A stretch of 64,000 nt of DNA from an uncultured Acidobacteriota bacterium (GCA_963809485.1 CAWEJX010000005.1:1-64000), one strand, 5' to 3'; shown: positions 1 to 10,356, counted from the stretch's first letter. Program-made: numbers and translations. The notes: a model not told the origin generated them from the sequence alone.

Positions 1-791
1 GAAAGATGCACGCACGCATTTCTGGTTCCTACTCAATTCATCAGGATCATGGATTATGCGGAATTCAGCCGATTCGATACATCATCGATCGAGGTTCTTC
101 TATCCGCCGCCGCGCCCTTGCGCAAGTCGACTAAGAGCGAAATCCTGCGCAAATTTCCTAAATCCAAACTTGTGGAGCTTTATGGCCTTACCGAAGGGAT
201 AAGCACCGTTCTGCGGCCGAATGAACAGTTCTCCAAGCTGGGCTCGGTAGGGAAGCCGCGTCTGGGCGGCGACATAAAAATCATCGACGACGAAGGCCGG
301 GAACTCCCGCAAGGAGAAACCGGTGAAATCGCCGGATATAACTTTTCCATGATGGCGGAATATTACAAAAATCCGGAAAAAAGCCGGAAATCCTTTGGCC
401 TGATGGGAAGGGAAGGCTCTATATCAGAACCGGCGATATCGGCAGGCTGGATGAAGACGGCTACCTTTACATACTGGACCGCAAAAAGGACCTCATCATC
501 TCCGGCGGCATCAATATTTATCCCAGCGACATCGAGGAGGTTCTTTTGAAACACCCGGAAGTTGCAGAGGCTGCCGTCATTGGTATACCCCACAGCGAGT
601 GGGGCGAAAGCCCTCTGGCCCTGGTAGTGAAAAAGCAGTCGGACTCTCCCCTTGGAGAAATTACCCTCAAGGACTGGGCCGATGCCGGACTGGCCGGCTA
701 TCAAAGGCTTTCAGCTGTAGAATTCAGGCACTCCCTGCCCCGCAATGACCTCGGAAAAATCCTGAAAAGTGAATCTAAAAAGGACTTATAA
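1..791 (+). CDS. AMP-binding acyl-CoA synthetase / AMP-acid ligase, 3' part, apparent frameshift near 385
   Basis: YGLTE and GSVGKP motifs in the first frame. After a 1-nt shift near 385 the sequence reads LYIRTGDIGRLDEDGYLYILDRKKDLIISGGINIYP...HPEVAEAAVIG...LPRNDLGKILK, the standard adenylate-forming C-terminal motifs. The 5' end lies outside the window. Confidence 0.85.
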
Positions 792-884
792 TTCGTGAAA
801 TAGGTGGCGTTTTCAATTGCGTCATCTATTGAATTTATTACCCTTCAGGACTAAGCTTTGCCGTCTGTCCGGAGTTTTTGCTTC

Positions 885-2432
885 ATGGCAACGCAGGAAC
901 CGAAGGTCAAGCTGAGGCGGCAGGTCACTGTCTGGGGATCGTTTACCTGGGGTTACGCGGATGTCGGGGCCGATGTCTACGTCGCTCTGGGGTTGGTCAT
1001 CGCCGCGGCTCAGGGCGCCACGCCGCTGGCCTTTGCGATCGCCGGCATCGTCTACATTTTTGTGGGCCTGGCGCACACGGAATTGGCTGCGGCCTATCCC
1101 GTTGCGGGGGGCGGCCAGTATTTTGCCTTCCGTGGCATGGGCGACTTCTGGGGCGTCGTGACGGGTGCCGCGCTCATGCTGGATTACACGGTCGACATCG
1201 CGCTGTTGCCATGGCCTCAGCAGGATACGTCAATTTCTTCTTCCCGGCCATCCGAAATTTTGCCGTCGATTTTGGTCCCTTCCACCATGTGACCTGATCT
1301 GGCTTGCCGAGTCGATGGTTTTTATCGGCTTCCTGATCGTGCTTAATATTAAGGGTGTCCGCGAATCGTCGCTGTTTAACGAAATCCTGGGCGTTCTGGA
1401 TATGGCGATGGAAGCCTCCATCGTGATTCTGGGATTTGCCTTCGCCTGGCATCCGGACCTTTTCCGGACCAGCGGCATTCGGCGTTCCCTCCAACCAAAC
1501 AGATCCTTTATGCCGTCAGCATCGCGGTGATTTCCTTTGTCGGTTTGGAGTCCGTGTCTCAGGCTGCTCAGGAAACGATCCGCCCGGGAACAGTCATACC
1601 TCGAACCTCGCTGGCACTGATCGTGGTAGTCCTGCTCTTTGCCATGGCGTTTCCGGTAGTGAGCCTGGGAATTCTTCCGTGGCAGGACCTTGCATCGCGC
1701 GAAGGCGATCCGGTCGCTCACCTTGCAAGCCAATTGCCCTACATAGGATTTCTCGCCGGTCCCATCGCGGCAGTACTTGCCGCGACCATTGTGCTGATTT
1801 CGGCGAATACGGGTGTTATGGGCTGCAGCCGGCTGGCATACAGCATGTCCGAAATGGGCCTCATCGGGAAGTGGCTGTCCCATGTTCATCACAAGTACCA
1901 CACGCCGGTGCGCGCCATCGTGGTCTTCGCATGCGTTGCTGCGCTCGAAGCCCTGTTTGGTTTCCTGACGGGCGAGAGGGCTCTAGAGACCATGGCGGAT
2001 ATGTACGCCTTCGGCGCCATGCTGGCGTATCTCCTTGCGAGCATGGCCCTGGTGGCGTTGAGGATCCGCGAGCCGCGCACGCCGCGGGCGTACCGCGTGC
2101 CGCTCAATATTCAGTGGCGGGGCAAGGACATTCCCGTGCTCGGATTTTTGGCAATTCTGGGGACGGCGGGAATGCTCGTCATCGTTTTGTGGACTCACGC
2201 CGTCGCGCGCGTCCTGGGTCCTTTGTGGGTGGCGGCATGGGTGGGATACTACATCTGGTATCGGTATAAAAGCAAACTGCCCATTTTCCGGAGCACCCCG
2301 CACGATTGGGATGCGGAGCAGCTGGAGATCCTGGCGGATACAGGGGAGTGGGAACTCCTGGAGCAGTTCAAAATTGAAGTGGAGCGGAAGAAGAAAGCCG
2401 GCGGTTCCACTTCAAAAACCGTGGTGTCCTGA
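885..2432 (+). CDS. APC-superfamily permease (possible K+ or amino-acid transporter), split by about 3 apparent frameshifts (~1205, ~1290, ~1460)
   Basis: Hydrophobic segments continue across frames: GYADVGADVYVALG, ELAAAYPVAGGGQYF, LNIKGVRESS, SFVGLESVSQAAQE, SRLAYSMS, LADMYAFG-like, LRIREPRTPRAYRVP. Confidence 0.8.
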
Positions 2433-2620
2433 TGCGGATCCGGTTTCGAAAGATCATGGCAGCTCTTCTCATGGTGTTGGGCGCCGCCATGCTTCTCCGG
2501 GGGCTGCAATACACGGTCCAGAAGGGATTAGGCTGGCAGGGCACCATACAGGCCTTGATTGTCGGTGCGCTTGTGTTCGCGCTGGGTTATACGCGTTGGC
2601 GCTATCTGCGCCAGAGGTAA
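2432..2620 (+). CDS. small two-TM membrane protein
   Basis: 62 aa with two hydrophobic helices. Its start overlaps the permease stop (TGATG), suggesting translational coupling. Confidence 0.6.
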   Translation: MRIRFRKIMAALLMVLGAAMLLRGLQYTVQKGLGWQGTIQALIVGALVFALGYTRWRYLRQR

Positions 2621-2627
2621 TCGCCCG

Positions 2628-3179
2628 ATGCCCCATCCGTTAGGTGTGCTGATAGCCTTTCTTTTTGCTGCCATCCTCGGGATGACCCTGTTTTGGATGC
2701 TGCGGCTGCCGAGGGCTATGACTCAGGAGGTGGCCAGGGCCGTCTTTTCTGTGCAGGCCTCGCGCTGCATCATAGTTCCTATCCTGGATCTGTTCTATAC
2801 GGAGAGAGCCGTGGAATTGGCATGCCGGATGGGAAAGCAGCAGAACGCGGGCATTGTGCTTGCCTATGTCGTGGAGGTGCCGCGCCTGGTGACGCTGAAT
2901 TCTCCGCTTCCGCCCGACGTCGAGGATCGAGCCCAGCAGGCGCTGAAAAACGCTCAGAACATCGTCGAACGGCATGGCCTTAAATCCATGACGACGACGT
3001 TGCGTTCTCGCGAAGCCAGCGAGGGGATTGGCCAGCTTGTGCAGACATACAGCGGCGACATCGTCGTGCTGGGAGTGCAGGCCGTGGAGCGGCATCTGCC
3101 CAGCATTTTCACAAGGACTGCGGATGCGCTGATGCGGCGCCCGCCCTGTGAAGTTCTGATAGACAGCGTGCCGGGCTAA
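2628..3179 (+). CDS. universal stress protein (Usp domain) with N-terminal TM helix
   Basis: IIVPI...AVELACR...LAYVVEVP...DIVVLG...TADALMRRPPCEVLI is a typical Usp pattern. Confidence 0.8.
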   Translation: MPHPLGVLIAFLFAAILGMTLFWMLRLPRAMTQEVARAVFSVQASRCIIVPILDLFYTERAVELACRMGKQQNAGIVLAYVVEVPRLVTLNSPLPPDVEDRAQQALKNAQNIVERHGLKSMTTTLRSREASEGIGQLVQTYSGDIVVLGVQAVERHLPSIFTRTADALMRRPPCEVLIDSVPG

Positions 3180-3201
3180 CCGGCGCCGGGAGTGAACGAT
3201 C

Positions 3202-4383
3202 ATGCGTGTGGTAATTTTGGGCTGCGGCCGCGTCGGTTCGACTCTGGCTTTGATGCTGAGTTCCGAAGGTCACGATGTAAGCATTATAGACGTGGACACC
3301 TCCGCATTCCGCCGGCTGGGTGAAAATTTCAGCGGGCGCGCCATCAACGGGATCGGCATCAACGCCAATGTGCTGCGCGAGGCAGGGATCGAAAATGCCG
3401 ATGCTTTCCTCACGGTGACGAACGGCGACAACACCAACATCATGGCGGCGCAGATTGCCAAGACCCTGTTTCAGGTGCCGCGTGTGATGGCCCGCATCTA
3501 CGACCCACTGCGCGCGGAAATCTATCGCGAAGTGGGAGTCGAGACTCTGTGCATCACGACTCTTGGAGCGGGCATCTTCCACGACCGGCTGCTGGGCCGG
3601 GCTTACCAGAGCATTGATCAATATTGGGACCTGACGCACCAGATGCATCGTCTATATGCGGCAAACCTGCCCACGCCCGGGCAGCTCGCCGAAAAGCGCG
3701 CCAGCCGCAAGAACGGCCACCCGGACTACATCATCATCGCCGGCGGCGGCAAGGTCGGACATAACCTCGGGCGGGCTCTGTTGAGCAAGGGAGATGAAGT
3801 GCTGATCCTGGAAAAGCGGCCGCTGCGCTTTCACGCGCTGCACGACGAACTGGGCGAGGCGGCGTTCTTCGGCGATGCATGTGAAATACGCACGATGGTG
3901 CAGGTGGGAATGGAGCGCGCGGATCTGGTGGTTGCCGTCACCGGCGACGATGAGGACAACCTGATCATCTGCCAGGCGGCCAAGCGGTGGTTCGGCGTGC
4001 CGCGCGCCATCGGGCGAGTCAACAACCCGGCCAACGAGGATACGTTTCACAAGCTGGGAATCGAGGAGACCATCAGCGCCACGAGGCTGATGTACCAGTT
4101 GATTGAGCAGGAAGTTGCAACGAGCGATCTCGTACCGCTCTCCCTACTGCGGCGCGGCAACCTGGAAGTGGTGGAAGTCCAGCTGCATTCGGACTCCCCG
4201 GCGCTGAACGTTCCGATACGCAATTTGAACCTGCCCGCAGGTTGCCTGCTGACGGCCATCGTGCGGGGCAACAAGTCCCAGATTGTCACCGGCGACAGCA
4301 AACTGCAGGCGAATGACACGGTCGTGGCAATAACGGAGCCCTCGGCGATGAATGCGCTGAGGCAGACTTTGCTGGGAGAATAG
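3202..4383 (+). CDS. trkA: TrkA-family K+ transport regulator with RCK_N-RCK_N-RCK_C architecture
   Basis: Two Rossmann motifs (ILGCGRVG and IAGGGKVG), TNGDNTN and TGDDEDN loops, and a C-terminal RCK_C (IVRGNK...LQANDTV). Confidence 0.85.
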   Translation: MRVVILGCGRVGSTLALMLSSEGHDVSIIDVDTSAFRRLGENFSGRAINGIGINANVLREAGIENADAFLTVTNGDNTNIMAAQIAKTLFQVPRVMARIYDPLRAEIYREVGVETLCITTLGAGIFHDRLLGRAYQSIDQYWDLTHQMHRLYAANLPTPGQLAEKRASRKNGHPDYIIIAGGGKVGHNLGRALLSKGDEVLILEKRPLRFHALHDELGEAAFFGDACEIRTMVQVGMERADLVVAVTGDDEDNLIICQAAKRWFGVPRAIGRVNNPANEDTFHKLGIEETISATRLMYQLIEQEVATSDLVPLSLLRRGNLEVVEVQLHSDSPALNVPIRNLNLPAGCLLTAIVRGNKSQIVTGDSKLQANDTVVAITEPSAMNALRQTLLGE

Positions 4384-4448
4384 AGCCTGGAAAAAAGGCC
4401 CACGCATTGCGCGAATCGTGCTATTATTTCCGCTGATTTTCCGCATGT

Positions 4449-4525
4449 GGTGAGCGTAGCTCAGCTGGTAGAGCTCTGGATTGTGGCTCCAGCGGCCGCG
4501 GGTTCGATCCCCGTCGCTCACCCCA
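4449..4525 (+). tRNA. tRNA-His(GUG)
   Basis: G-1 plus acceptor stem GTGAGCG/CGCTCAC, C discriminator, encoded CCA, anticodon loop TTGTGGC, T-loop GGTTCGATCC. Confidence 0.95.
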
Positions 4526-4557
4526 CCCTCTCTTAGTGATTAGCGATTAGGGATTAG

Positions 4558-4612
4558 ATTTATATATTTTTTCAGCGTATGTCAGCGTTTATCGGCGTAC
4601 GTCAGCGTTAAA
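4558..4612. repeat. half copy of the ACGCTGAC/GTCAGCGT intergenic palindrome family
   Basis: tatatattttttcagcgtatgtcagcgtttatcggcgtacgtcagcgtta matches the right arm of the full copies at 14823, 22498, 24026 and 63320. Confidence 0.75.
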
Positions 4613-4670
4613 ATTGGAGGAGGGGCCCCCAGAGCCGTCCGATCCACGCAACAGGAAAAAAGTAGCCTAT

Positions 4671-5174
4671 CTACCATTCGGGATTGGCGCCGAGCTGCTC
4701 AACCACGTAATCGCGGTATCTCCCGTCCAACAGAAAGATCACAAAGGTTTCGTGAACGAGATGGATGAGTCTCTGCAGCGCATACCCATAATCATCATCA
4801 CGGACCGTCATTCCGATAGATGCGTTGCCGTGGTTTTTCGAGCATCGCAGACGCGCTTTGGCTTTTTCGGTCCGCCGGTGCTCCGGCAGGCTCTCGTCAT
4901 GGTGGGAATGGACGAACGCTTTGAAATTCGGATAAATATCGGCCGGCACGCGAGGCAGGACAACAGGGATCGAGATGGTTTTCTTCTGCCTGTCCACAAT
5001 CAGGTCGAAAACACAATTGTGGAACCAAACCAATTTGAACGCTGCGGCGCCGTGCCGCACGGGTTGCCGGCTGAATCCCCGGAAAACGCCGCGCTTCGCG
5101 TAATCCTCGAGCAGGCGGTTGACCTCGTCGATGGAAGAGCGAGCCTTTTTTAATGCCAAGCGCATGAACTCCAA
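4671..5174 (-). CDS. hypothetical protein (~165 aa)
   Basis: Open frame directly abutting the stop of the upstream ThDP enzyme. No recognisable motif. Confidence 0.6.
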   Translation of the reverse strand: MEFMRLALKKARSSIDEVNRLLEDYAKRGVFRGFSRQPVRHGAAAFKLVWFHNCVFDLIVDRQKKTISIPVVLPRVPADIYPNFKAFVHSHHDESLPEHRRTEKAKARLRCSKNHGNASIGMTVRDDDYGYALQRLIHLVHETFVIFLLDGRYRDYVVEQLGANPEW

Positions 5175-7139
5175 TCAGTGGCGTATGGCTCCGATTCCCG
5201 GTTCCGGCCCAAAAATCAACCCCGGAGGATATAGGCTGGGGACATTGAATTCCCTGAGTCCCTGGCAATTGATCAGAGTGGAATAACCTTGCCTGGCGGC
5301 TGCGTCGTAGCTGCGCTTCAGGGCGGCGCGCAGATCCTCGGGTGTCCGCACATACTCGCCGCGCGTGCCCAGGTGTTCGGCCATTTTGTCGTAGCGCAGG
5401 TTTTCCTGGAACAGGTACATGTGCAGGGCGCGGGGCGAGGATTCCGCCATGGTGAAGGTTCCCCAGCAGTCGTTGTTGTAGACGACACAGATCACGGGCA
5501 GCTTGTATTTGACAAAGGTATCGAGCTCGAGCAGGCTGTAGGCCATGCCGGCATCGCCGGTTACTACCACGACCGGTGCGCCCTTGTAGGCTGCATGCGG
5601 GCCGATGCCTCTTTGGACAGCCACGGCGGGTCCCATCATCATGGCCAGGTCCGGTCCCATGGCCCCGAACTGGAAGCAGACGGTCACCTCCTGGCCCGGA
5701 CGATGAGCGCGCAGCCATCGCATGCAGGCGAATCCAATCATGTTGCCGCCCCAGCCTGTGACGGTCTGCTTGGGATCGATATCGCCTTTGTATAGGAAAT
5801 CGTGGACTTCCTTGCACAGGATGAAGGGATGGAGGCTGTTGGTGTCGCGGGTGTATTTGAGCATCGTGTTGTAAAGGGCGAGCTGTTCCTTTTCCCACTT
5901 CTGCTTCGCCGCCGCGATTTCCCGGACCCAGGAATCGCGCTTTTTGGCGGGGAGTCCGTTCGCCAGGGCCTCCATGAAAACTTTCTCGTCGCTGACGATG
6001 CCCAGGTCAAGCGGCCAGTTCCGGCCCAGATCCTCCTGCGTGGGGTGAACCCGGATGGTTTTCACGCCCGGGGGCAGGGTCCACTCTTCGGGCGTCGGCA
6101 TGGAATACTGGCCGACGAAGACGACCAGGTCCGCGCTCATCAGGGCGTCGTTAGACATGCTGGCGGAAAGACGGTGCTCGTCCGGAAAGTGCCCGCGCAC
6201 AGGGCCGGATCCGACGACGGCCATCTCGTGTTTTTCGGCTGCCTGCATCAGCGCCTCGCAGGCTTTGCGAACGAAGATGCCGTGCCCTGCAATGAGCACA
6301 GGCCGCTCCGCCCTGGTGATCATATCGATAGCCTGCCGGACTTCTTTGGTGCCGGGGAAGGCTCGCGATTCAGCGCGATACTGTTCTTTTTTGTAGAAGC
6401 GTTCGAGTTTGGAGGAATCGGGGAAGAGTTCGGCAGCGACCTCGGCAGGGAAGTCCAGGTGTACAACATCGGGAACGCCGGATTTCAGCTGGCGGAATGC
6501 GTGCGCGCCATATTCGTACACGCGGTTCGGCGCGGTGATGCGCTTGCCGTACTTTTTCAGGCCTTCGGTGATCGGCTGCTGGTACATGAACTGAATCCCC
6601 TTCTGGTTATCCTCGGACTTGAGGTTCGCGTTGCTGGCGAGCACCAGGAGGGGGCTGTTGGCGAAGTGCGCGGAGCCGATGTTCATGATCATGTGCGTGA
6701 GACCGGGGCCTTCGGTGCCCGAGCAGGCGGCGACTTCGCCGGTGACGCGGCAGAAGCCATCGGCCGCCGCGCACATTCCTCCTTCGGTGCGTCCGCCGTA
6801 GCAGGGAATTCCGGCTTCGGCGATGGCATTGATAATGCTGTAATTGCCTGCCGCGCAGAACAGGGCCGCGAGGTCCTCATCCTTGCAGAGGTTGGCGAAA
6901 ACCTGGGCCCCGGTCATGCCCTTGCCGGAAAAACTTGGCCGATGGATGGGCGCAGCCAGCGATTCGTCCACTGCTTTGGGAATGCGTATGGTTGGAATCG
7001 CGGCCTGGCCGAAGAGTTTTTCCTGATGCAGAATTCCGGTGCCGGCCGTAGCGGCCGTGGCAGCCGTGGCCGCGAGAAACGACCTGCGCGAGGATTGCAT
7101 TTTTTTTGGATTGCCTCCCGTTTTGCGCGTGTCTTTCAT
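5175..7139 (-). CDS. thiamine-diphosphate-dependent enzyme (acetolactate synthase / 2-hydroxyacyl-CoA lyase-like) with Tat signal peptide
   Basis: GRTEGG (catalytic Glu), GPGLTH, FGAMG and the GDAG...YNN ThDP/Mg motif. N-terminal SRRSFLAATAATAATAG twin-arginine motif. Start placed at MKDTRK. Confidence 0.85.
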   Translation of the reverse strand: MKDTRKTGGNPKKMQSSRRSFLAATAATAATAGTGILHQEKLFGQAAIPTIRIPKAVDESLAAPIHRPSFSGKGMTGAQVFANLCKDEDLAALFCAAGNYSIINAIAEAGIPCYGGRTEGGMCAAADGFCRVTGEVAACSGTEGPGLTHMIMNIGSAHFANSPLLVLASNANLKSEDNQKGIQFMYQQPITEGLKKYGKRITAPNRVYEYGAHAFRQLKSGVPDVVHLDFPAEVAAELFPDSSKLERFYKKEQYRAESRAFPGTKEVRQAIDMITRAERPVLIAGHGIFVRKACEALMQAAEKHEMAVVGSGPVRGHFPDEHRLSASMSNDALMSADLVVFVGQYSMPTPEEWTLPPGVKTIRVHPTQEDLGRNWPLDLGIVSDEKVFMEALANGLPAKKRDSWVREIAAAKQKWEKEQLALYNTMLKYTRDTNSLHPFILCKEVHDFLYKGDIDPKQTVTGWGGNMIGFACMRWLRAHRPGQEVTVCFQFGAMGPDLAMMMGPAVAVQRGIGPHAAYKGAPVVVVTGDAGMAYSLLELDTFVKYKLPVICVVYNNDCWGTFTMAESSPRALHMYLFQENLRYDKMAEHLGTRGEYVRTPEDLRAALKRSYDAAARQGYSTLINCQGLREFNVPSLYPPGLIFGPEPGIGAIRH

Positions 7140-7578
7140 AATCCCCCGCCTCTGGCGAAGATGGTTTAGGTTAATAAGGAAAAAATTCTTTAATGAGTAT
7201 AAATCGATTCCTTTCCAGGTAGCAACACGCACAGCACAGCAGTATGGCCCCAAATCGGTTGCCTCAAAAGGGTTTTTCAGCGTAAGTCAGCGTTAAAATT
7301 TATGGACGGGCCTCCGGAGTCGGTATCAAGGCGATTATCGCGAGATCCTCGCCGGCAGTCTTGAGTCAATCTCTCCAGACCCTTCGGATAATCGCCAACC
7401 AGTTATTTGCCTATCGGACGGCTTTGGGGAGCCTTCTTCACCAGAACCGTGCGGAAGCTATGGGCTCAGATTGGACATAGCTGTCCCCGGCTGCGCCATG
7501 GGATTATTGACGTTTTTGTCCGTGGATGAAGTTGCGCTGCATGTGCCAAAGATTGTAGAATTCATCAGCTGATGAAGC

Positions 7579-7655
7579 GCACCCGTAGCTCAGTTGGATA
7601 GAGCGTCGGACTTCGAATCCGCAGGCCGCCCGTTCGAGTCGGGCCGGGTGCGCCA
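7579..7655 (+). tRNA. tRNA-Arg(UCG)
   Basis: Acceptor stem GCACCCG/CGGGTGC, D-arm AGCTCAGTTGGATAGAGC, anticodon loop CTTCGAA, T-loop GTTCGAGT, encoded CCA. Confidence 0.93.
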
Positions 7656-7685
7656 TTAAATCCTTCAACATTTCTTAAATCATTT

Positions 7686-8170
7686 CTACAACTTAGCGTT
7701 TTCAAATCGTAGCCTCTCACAACCTCTAATCCTTGATTTGAGCGACTGAACCAGGACCTTACTATTCGATGGACTCAATGGTGACAAGCTGGCAAAGAGT
7801 ACGGACTTCCCGTCAGGTAGTAATTGCGGATGGGCAGCTATCATTTCGTTTTCTGCTTTGACAATCGCTTCCGGAGTTCCCCCGTTGGCTGAAACTCGCA
7901 TGATGCCTTTTCCTATCGTGCCGTACACAATGGTGTTATCCATTCCCCAGCTAATAAGACTAAATGAGGCAGCCGCATCTGTCAGAATCACAGGAGCTCC
8001 TCCGCTGAGAGCAATCTTCTTCAACTGGCCACGAGAGATATAGCCCACCCAATTGCCATCGGGCGAGAAAAAGGGCCGTGATAGATTATCCCCAGTTCCG
8101 GAAATAAGTTTGGCCTCCAGTTCGTCTATGGAGCGCAGATATAGCCCCTCGCCTGTGCTATAGACGATTT
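7686..8170 (-). pseudogene. fragment of the PD40/beta-propeller region of a Ser/Thr-kinase-type protein
   Basis: LYLRSIDELEAKLISGT...PFFSPDGNWVGY...LKKIALSGGAP...SWGMDNTIVY...PQLLPDGKSVLF. Truncated at both ends. Confidence 0.65.
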
Positions 8171-8356
8171 TTCTTGCGTTATAGCTGTGCGCAAAATTTT
8201 TATCTTAAGCCTCAAATTCAGCGTAAAATAGCGCAGATATCGATAAATCGGCAAGGACGGAGGTCCGAAGTTTACATTAGCTGTCCTTATGGGAAATTTA
8301 TGAGGCGGCGGCTTGGGTGAATTCATAACCGGCAGGCAGCTTATGCTACCTATCCG

Positions 8357-8665
8357 TCAGTTGACGCTGGGCTCGTCGAATCCCTCCGCGCGGACGGCGC
8401 AATTGGCTACGAGCAGGGTCATTCCGGACTTGAGCTGCCTGAGAATGCCGCGCCGTTCATCCGCGGGAGTTTCGCCGCTCAGCGCCTCGGCCAGGATGCC
8501 ATGTGCTTTAAAGCTTTCAACCATGCGGTGTGCCAGATCAACCGTGGGCGTAAAGAGCAGCGCCTTTCGCCCGGCGGCATGCTTGAGATAGGAGGTAACG
8601 GCATGGGCAGGTGCGTTCGCCTGCAGGAGCATCTCGCTTGCTTCCGACTTGCTTGACGATATCAA
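8357..8665 (-). pseudogene. fragment of an SF2 (DEAD/DEAH-like) helicase C-terminal domain
   Basis: KALLFTPTVDLA...LSGETPADERRGIL...VANCAVRAEGFDEP corresponds to helicase motifs IV-V only. Confidence 0.7.
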
Positions 8666-8984
8666 GGATGGGGCCGAGGTTTATTCGCGCTTTGTGAATA
8701 AAAATATGCGGGCGAAATCCAAGAATAAAAAAACAAAGCAATAGTAGCAGCAAGCTGCCAGTCTTAATGCCACTTAAATGTACACGCTATCATGGATAGT
8801 TGCATAATAGTCGAGCCGCTGTCCCTGACTTTCTGGCTTTCCCTGAAATCCATTCCTTAGCTCCATGCGGTCTCCTCGAATCCTGCATCTCTCTGAATAG
8901 TCACGCAAGCCCATATGGAAATTCTCCGATTGGTGCCTTGCCAATCCGAGACACAATACCTCTCATATGCTCGAGCTTTATAAA

Positions 8985-10295
8985 CTAGGCGGTTTCTGGC
9001 AGGTTGAGGAGAAAGCGCCATGCGGGGATCACATTGATGGTTCCGGCAGCGGTTTTGAACTGCTCATCGCTGCTCTGTGTCACAATTGTTCCGGTTTTTA
9101 TCTTTAGTTCTGCCATTGCATCGTTTAAAGCAGTGATCTCTCGTTTGCGTGTCTGAGTGTCCGTCAGGGATTCACAGGCCTGGATCAAGATTCGTGTCTT
9201 TCCGGAAGTTGGGACAATGAAATCGACTTCCCGGCCCGTCTTGGTCCTGTAATAATAGATTTCCGGGTAAAGCCGCCTCAATGCCGTGAATACGAGGTTC
9301 TCCAGGAGATGCCCTGAATTGACAAGAACTCCCGATGCTACCGAAGTAACCATTGCATGATCGATACAATAAATCCGTTTCGGATTGCTGTCCCTGCGTG
9401 CTGCTGATGCGTCGAATATTTGCACGGTGAAAAGGAAATAGGCGTCCTCAAACCATTCCAGGTAATCCGACACCGCAGTTTTGGGAACCCTATGGCCTAG
9501 CGACTTAAGATATCCCGTAAGGCTGTTGCCGGAGTAACGTGAAGCCGTGTTATCGATCAATCTGTGAGCTAAATCGGTAACTGCCTTCGGGTGGGAAATA
9601 TCGTGGCGTTCAACCAAATCTCGGAAAAGAATGGTGTGAAAATATTCCTGGTGGATTTTAATCCTCAAGGAGCGGGAGAGCCCCAAAACTTCGGGGAAGC
9701 CTCCAGTCTCCCAATATTCTTCAAAGGCCTTCTGAACGATTAGGCGCTTTTTCGTCGACAGTGAATCTTCTTCCTCGATACCTTTGTAGTCCAGAAATTC
9801 CCTGAATGAGAACGGAAACATCTCCCACGAGAGCGCCCGTCCGCGCATTTGTGTGGCGATCTCCTTCGACAGCATCTTGGCCGACGAGCCGGTGATATAA
9901 ATTTCGCACTTTTCCGTGCGCATCAACCGGTCTACGAATGGTTCCCATCCAGTGACGGATTGAATCTCGTCAAAGAAGCAATAGACCGTTTCGCTGTTTT
10001 TCTTTTTCGGGAAAATGGAGTAATAGGCTTCTGTGATCAAGCCTAGATTATCTTGCCGGAGATCATGAAGCCGGTCGTCGAAAAAGTTCAAATAAAGAAT
10101 GTTCTGCTGCGAGACCCCGCTGTCAATGAGTTGCTGGATGACCTGAAACAGGTAAGTTGACTTCCCGCTGCGGCGCACTCCAATACAGACGGCGGCCTTG
10201 CCGCGGACTGTTTCAATCTGGAGTCGACGAGGGACCCCGGTTTCGAGCTTAGTCTCCTGAAAGTCCAGAATTATGGATTTTATGATTTCCAGCAT
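8985..10295 (-). CDS. AAA+ ATP-binding protein (AAA_14 / DUF4143 type)
   Basis: Walker A GVRRSGKS, Walker B FFDEIQ, ITGSS, TGGFPE, and C-terminal ENLV...YYRTKTGREVDF..IQAC nuclease-like segment. Confidence 0.9.
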   Translation of the reverse strand: MLEIIKSIILDFQETKLETGVPRRLQIETVRGKAAVCIGVRRSGKSTYLFQVIQQLIDSGVSQQNILYLNFFDDRLHDLRQDNLGLITEAYYSIFPKKKNSETVYCFFDEIQSVTGWEPFVDRLMRTEKCEIYITGSSAKMLSKEIATQMRGRALSWEMFPFSFREFLDYKGIEEEDSLSTKKRLIVQKAFEEYWETGGFPEVLGLSRSLRIKIHQEYFHTILFRDLVERHDISHPKAVTDLAHRLIDNTASRYSGNSLTGYLKSLGHRVPKTAVSDYLEWFEDAYFLFTVQIFDASAARRDSNPKRIYCIDHAMVTSVASGVLVNSGHLLENLVFTALRRLYPEIYYYRTKTGREVDFIVPTSGKTRILIQACESLTDTQTRKREITALNDAMAELKIKTGTIVTQSSDEQFKTAAGTINVIPAWRFLLNLPETA

Positions 10296-10304
10296 AGCGC
10301 GAAC

Positions 10305-10356
10305 CTGGTCATAATTATTACCAGTTAATGGCCAATCTGGTAATAATTATTACCAG
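10305..10356. promoter_or_regulatory. twin 20-bp palindromic operator sites upstream of the AAA+ ATPase
   Basis: CTGGTCATAATTATTACCAG (10305-10324, 1 mismatch) and the perfect palindrome CTGGTAATAATTATTACCAG (10337-10356), starts 32 bp apart. Confidence 0.65.

Noticed and set aside
370-1500. Multiple frameshifts in the acyl-CoA synthetase and APC permease as real pseudogenisation
   Set aside because: The indels cluster at the window start, at least two fall in short homopolymers, and the motifs are otherwise intact. This pattern suggests low-coverage long-read error. Reads are needed to decide.
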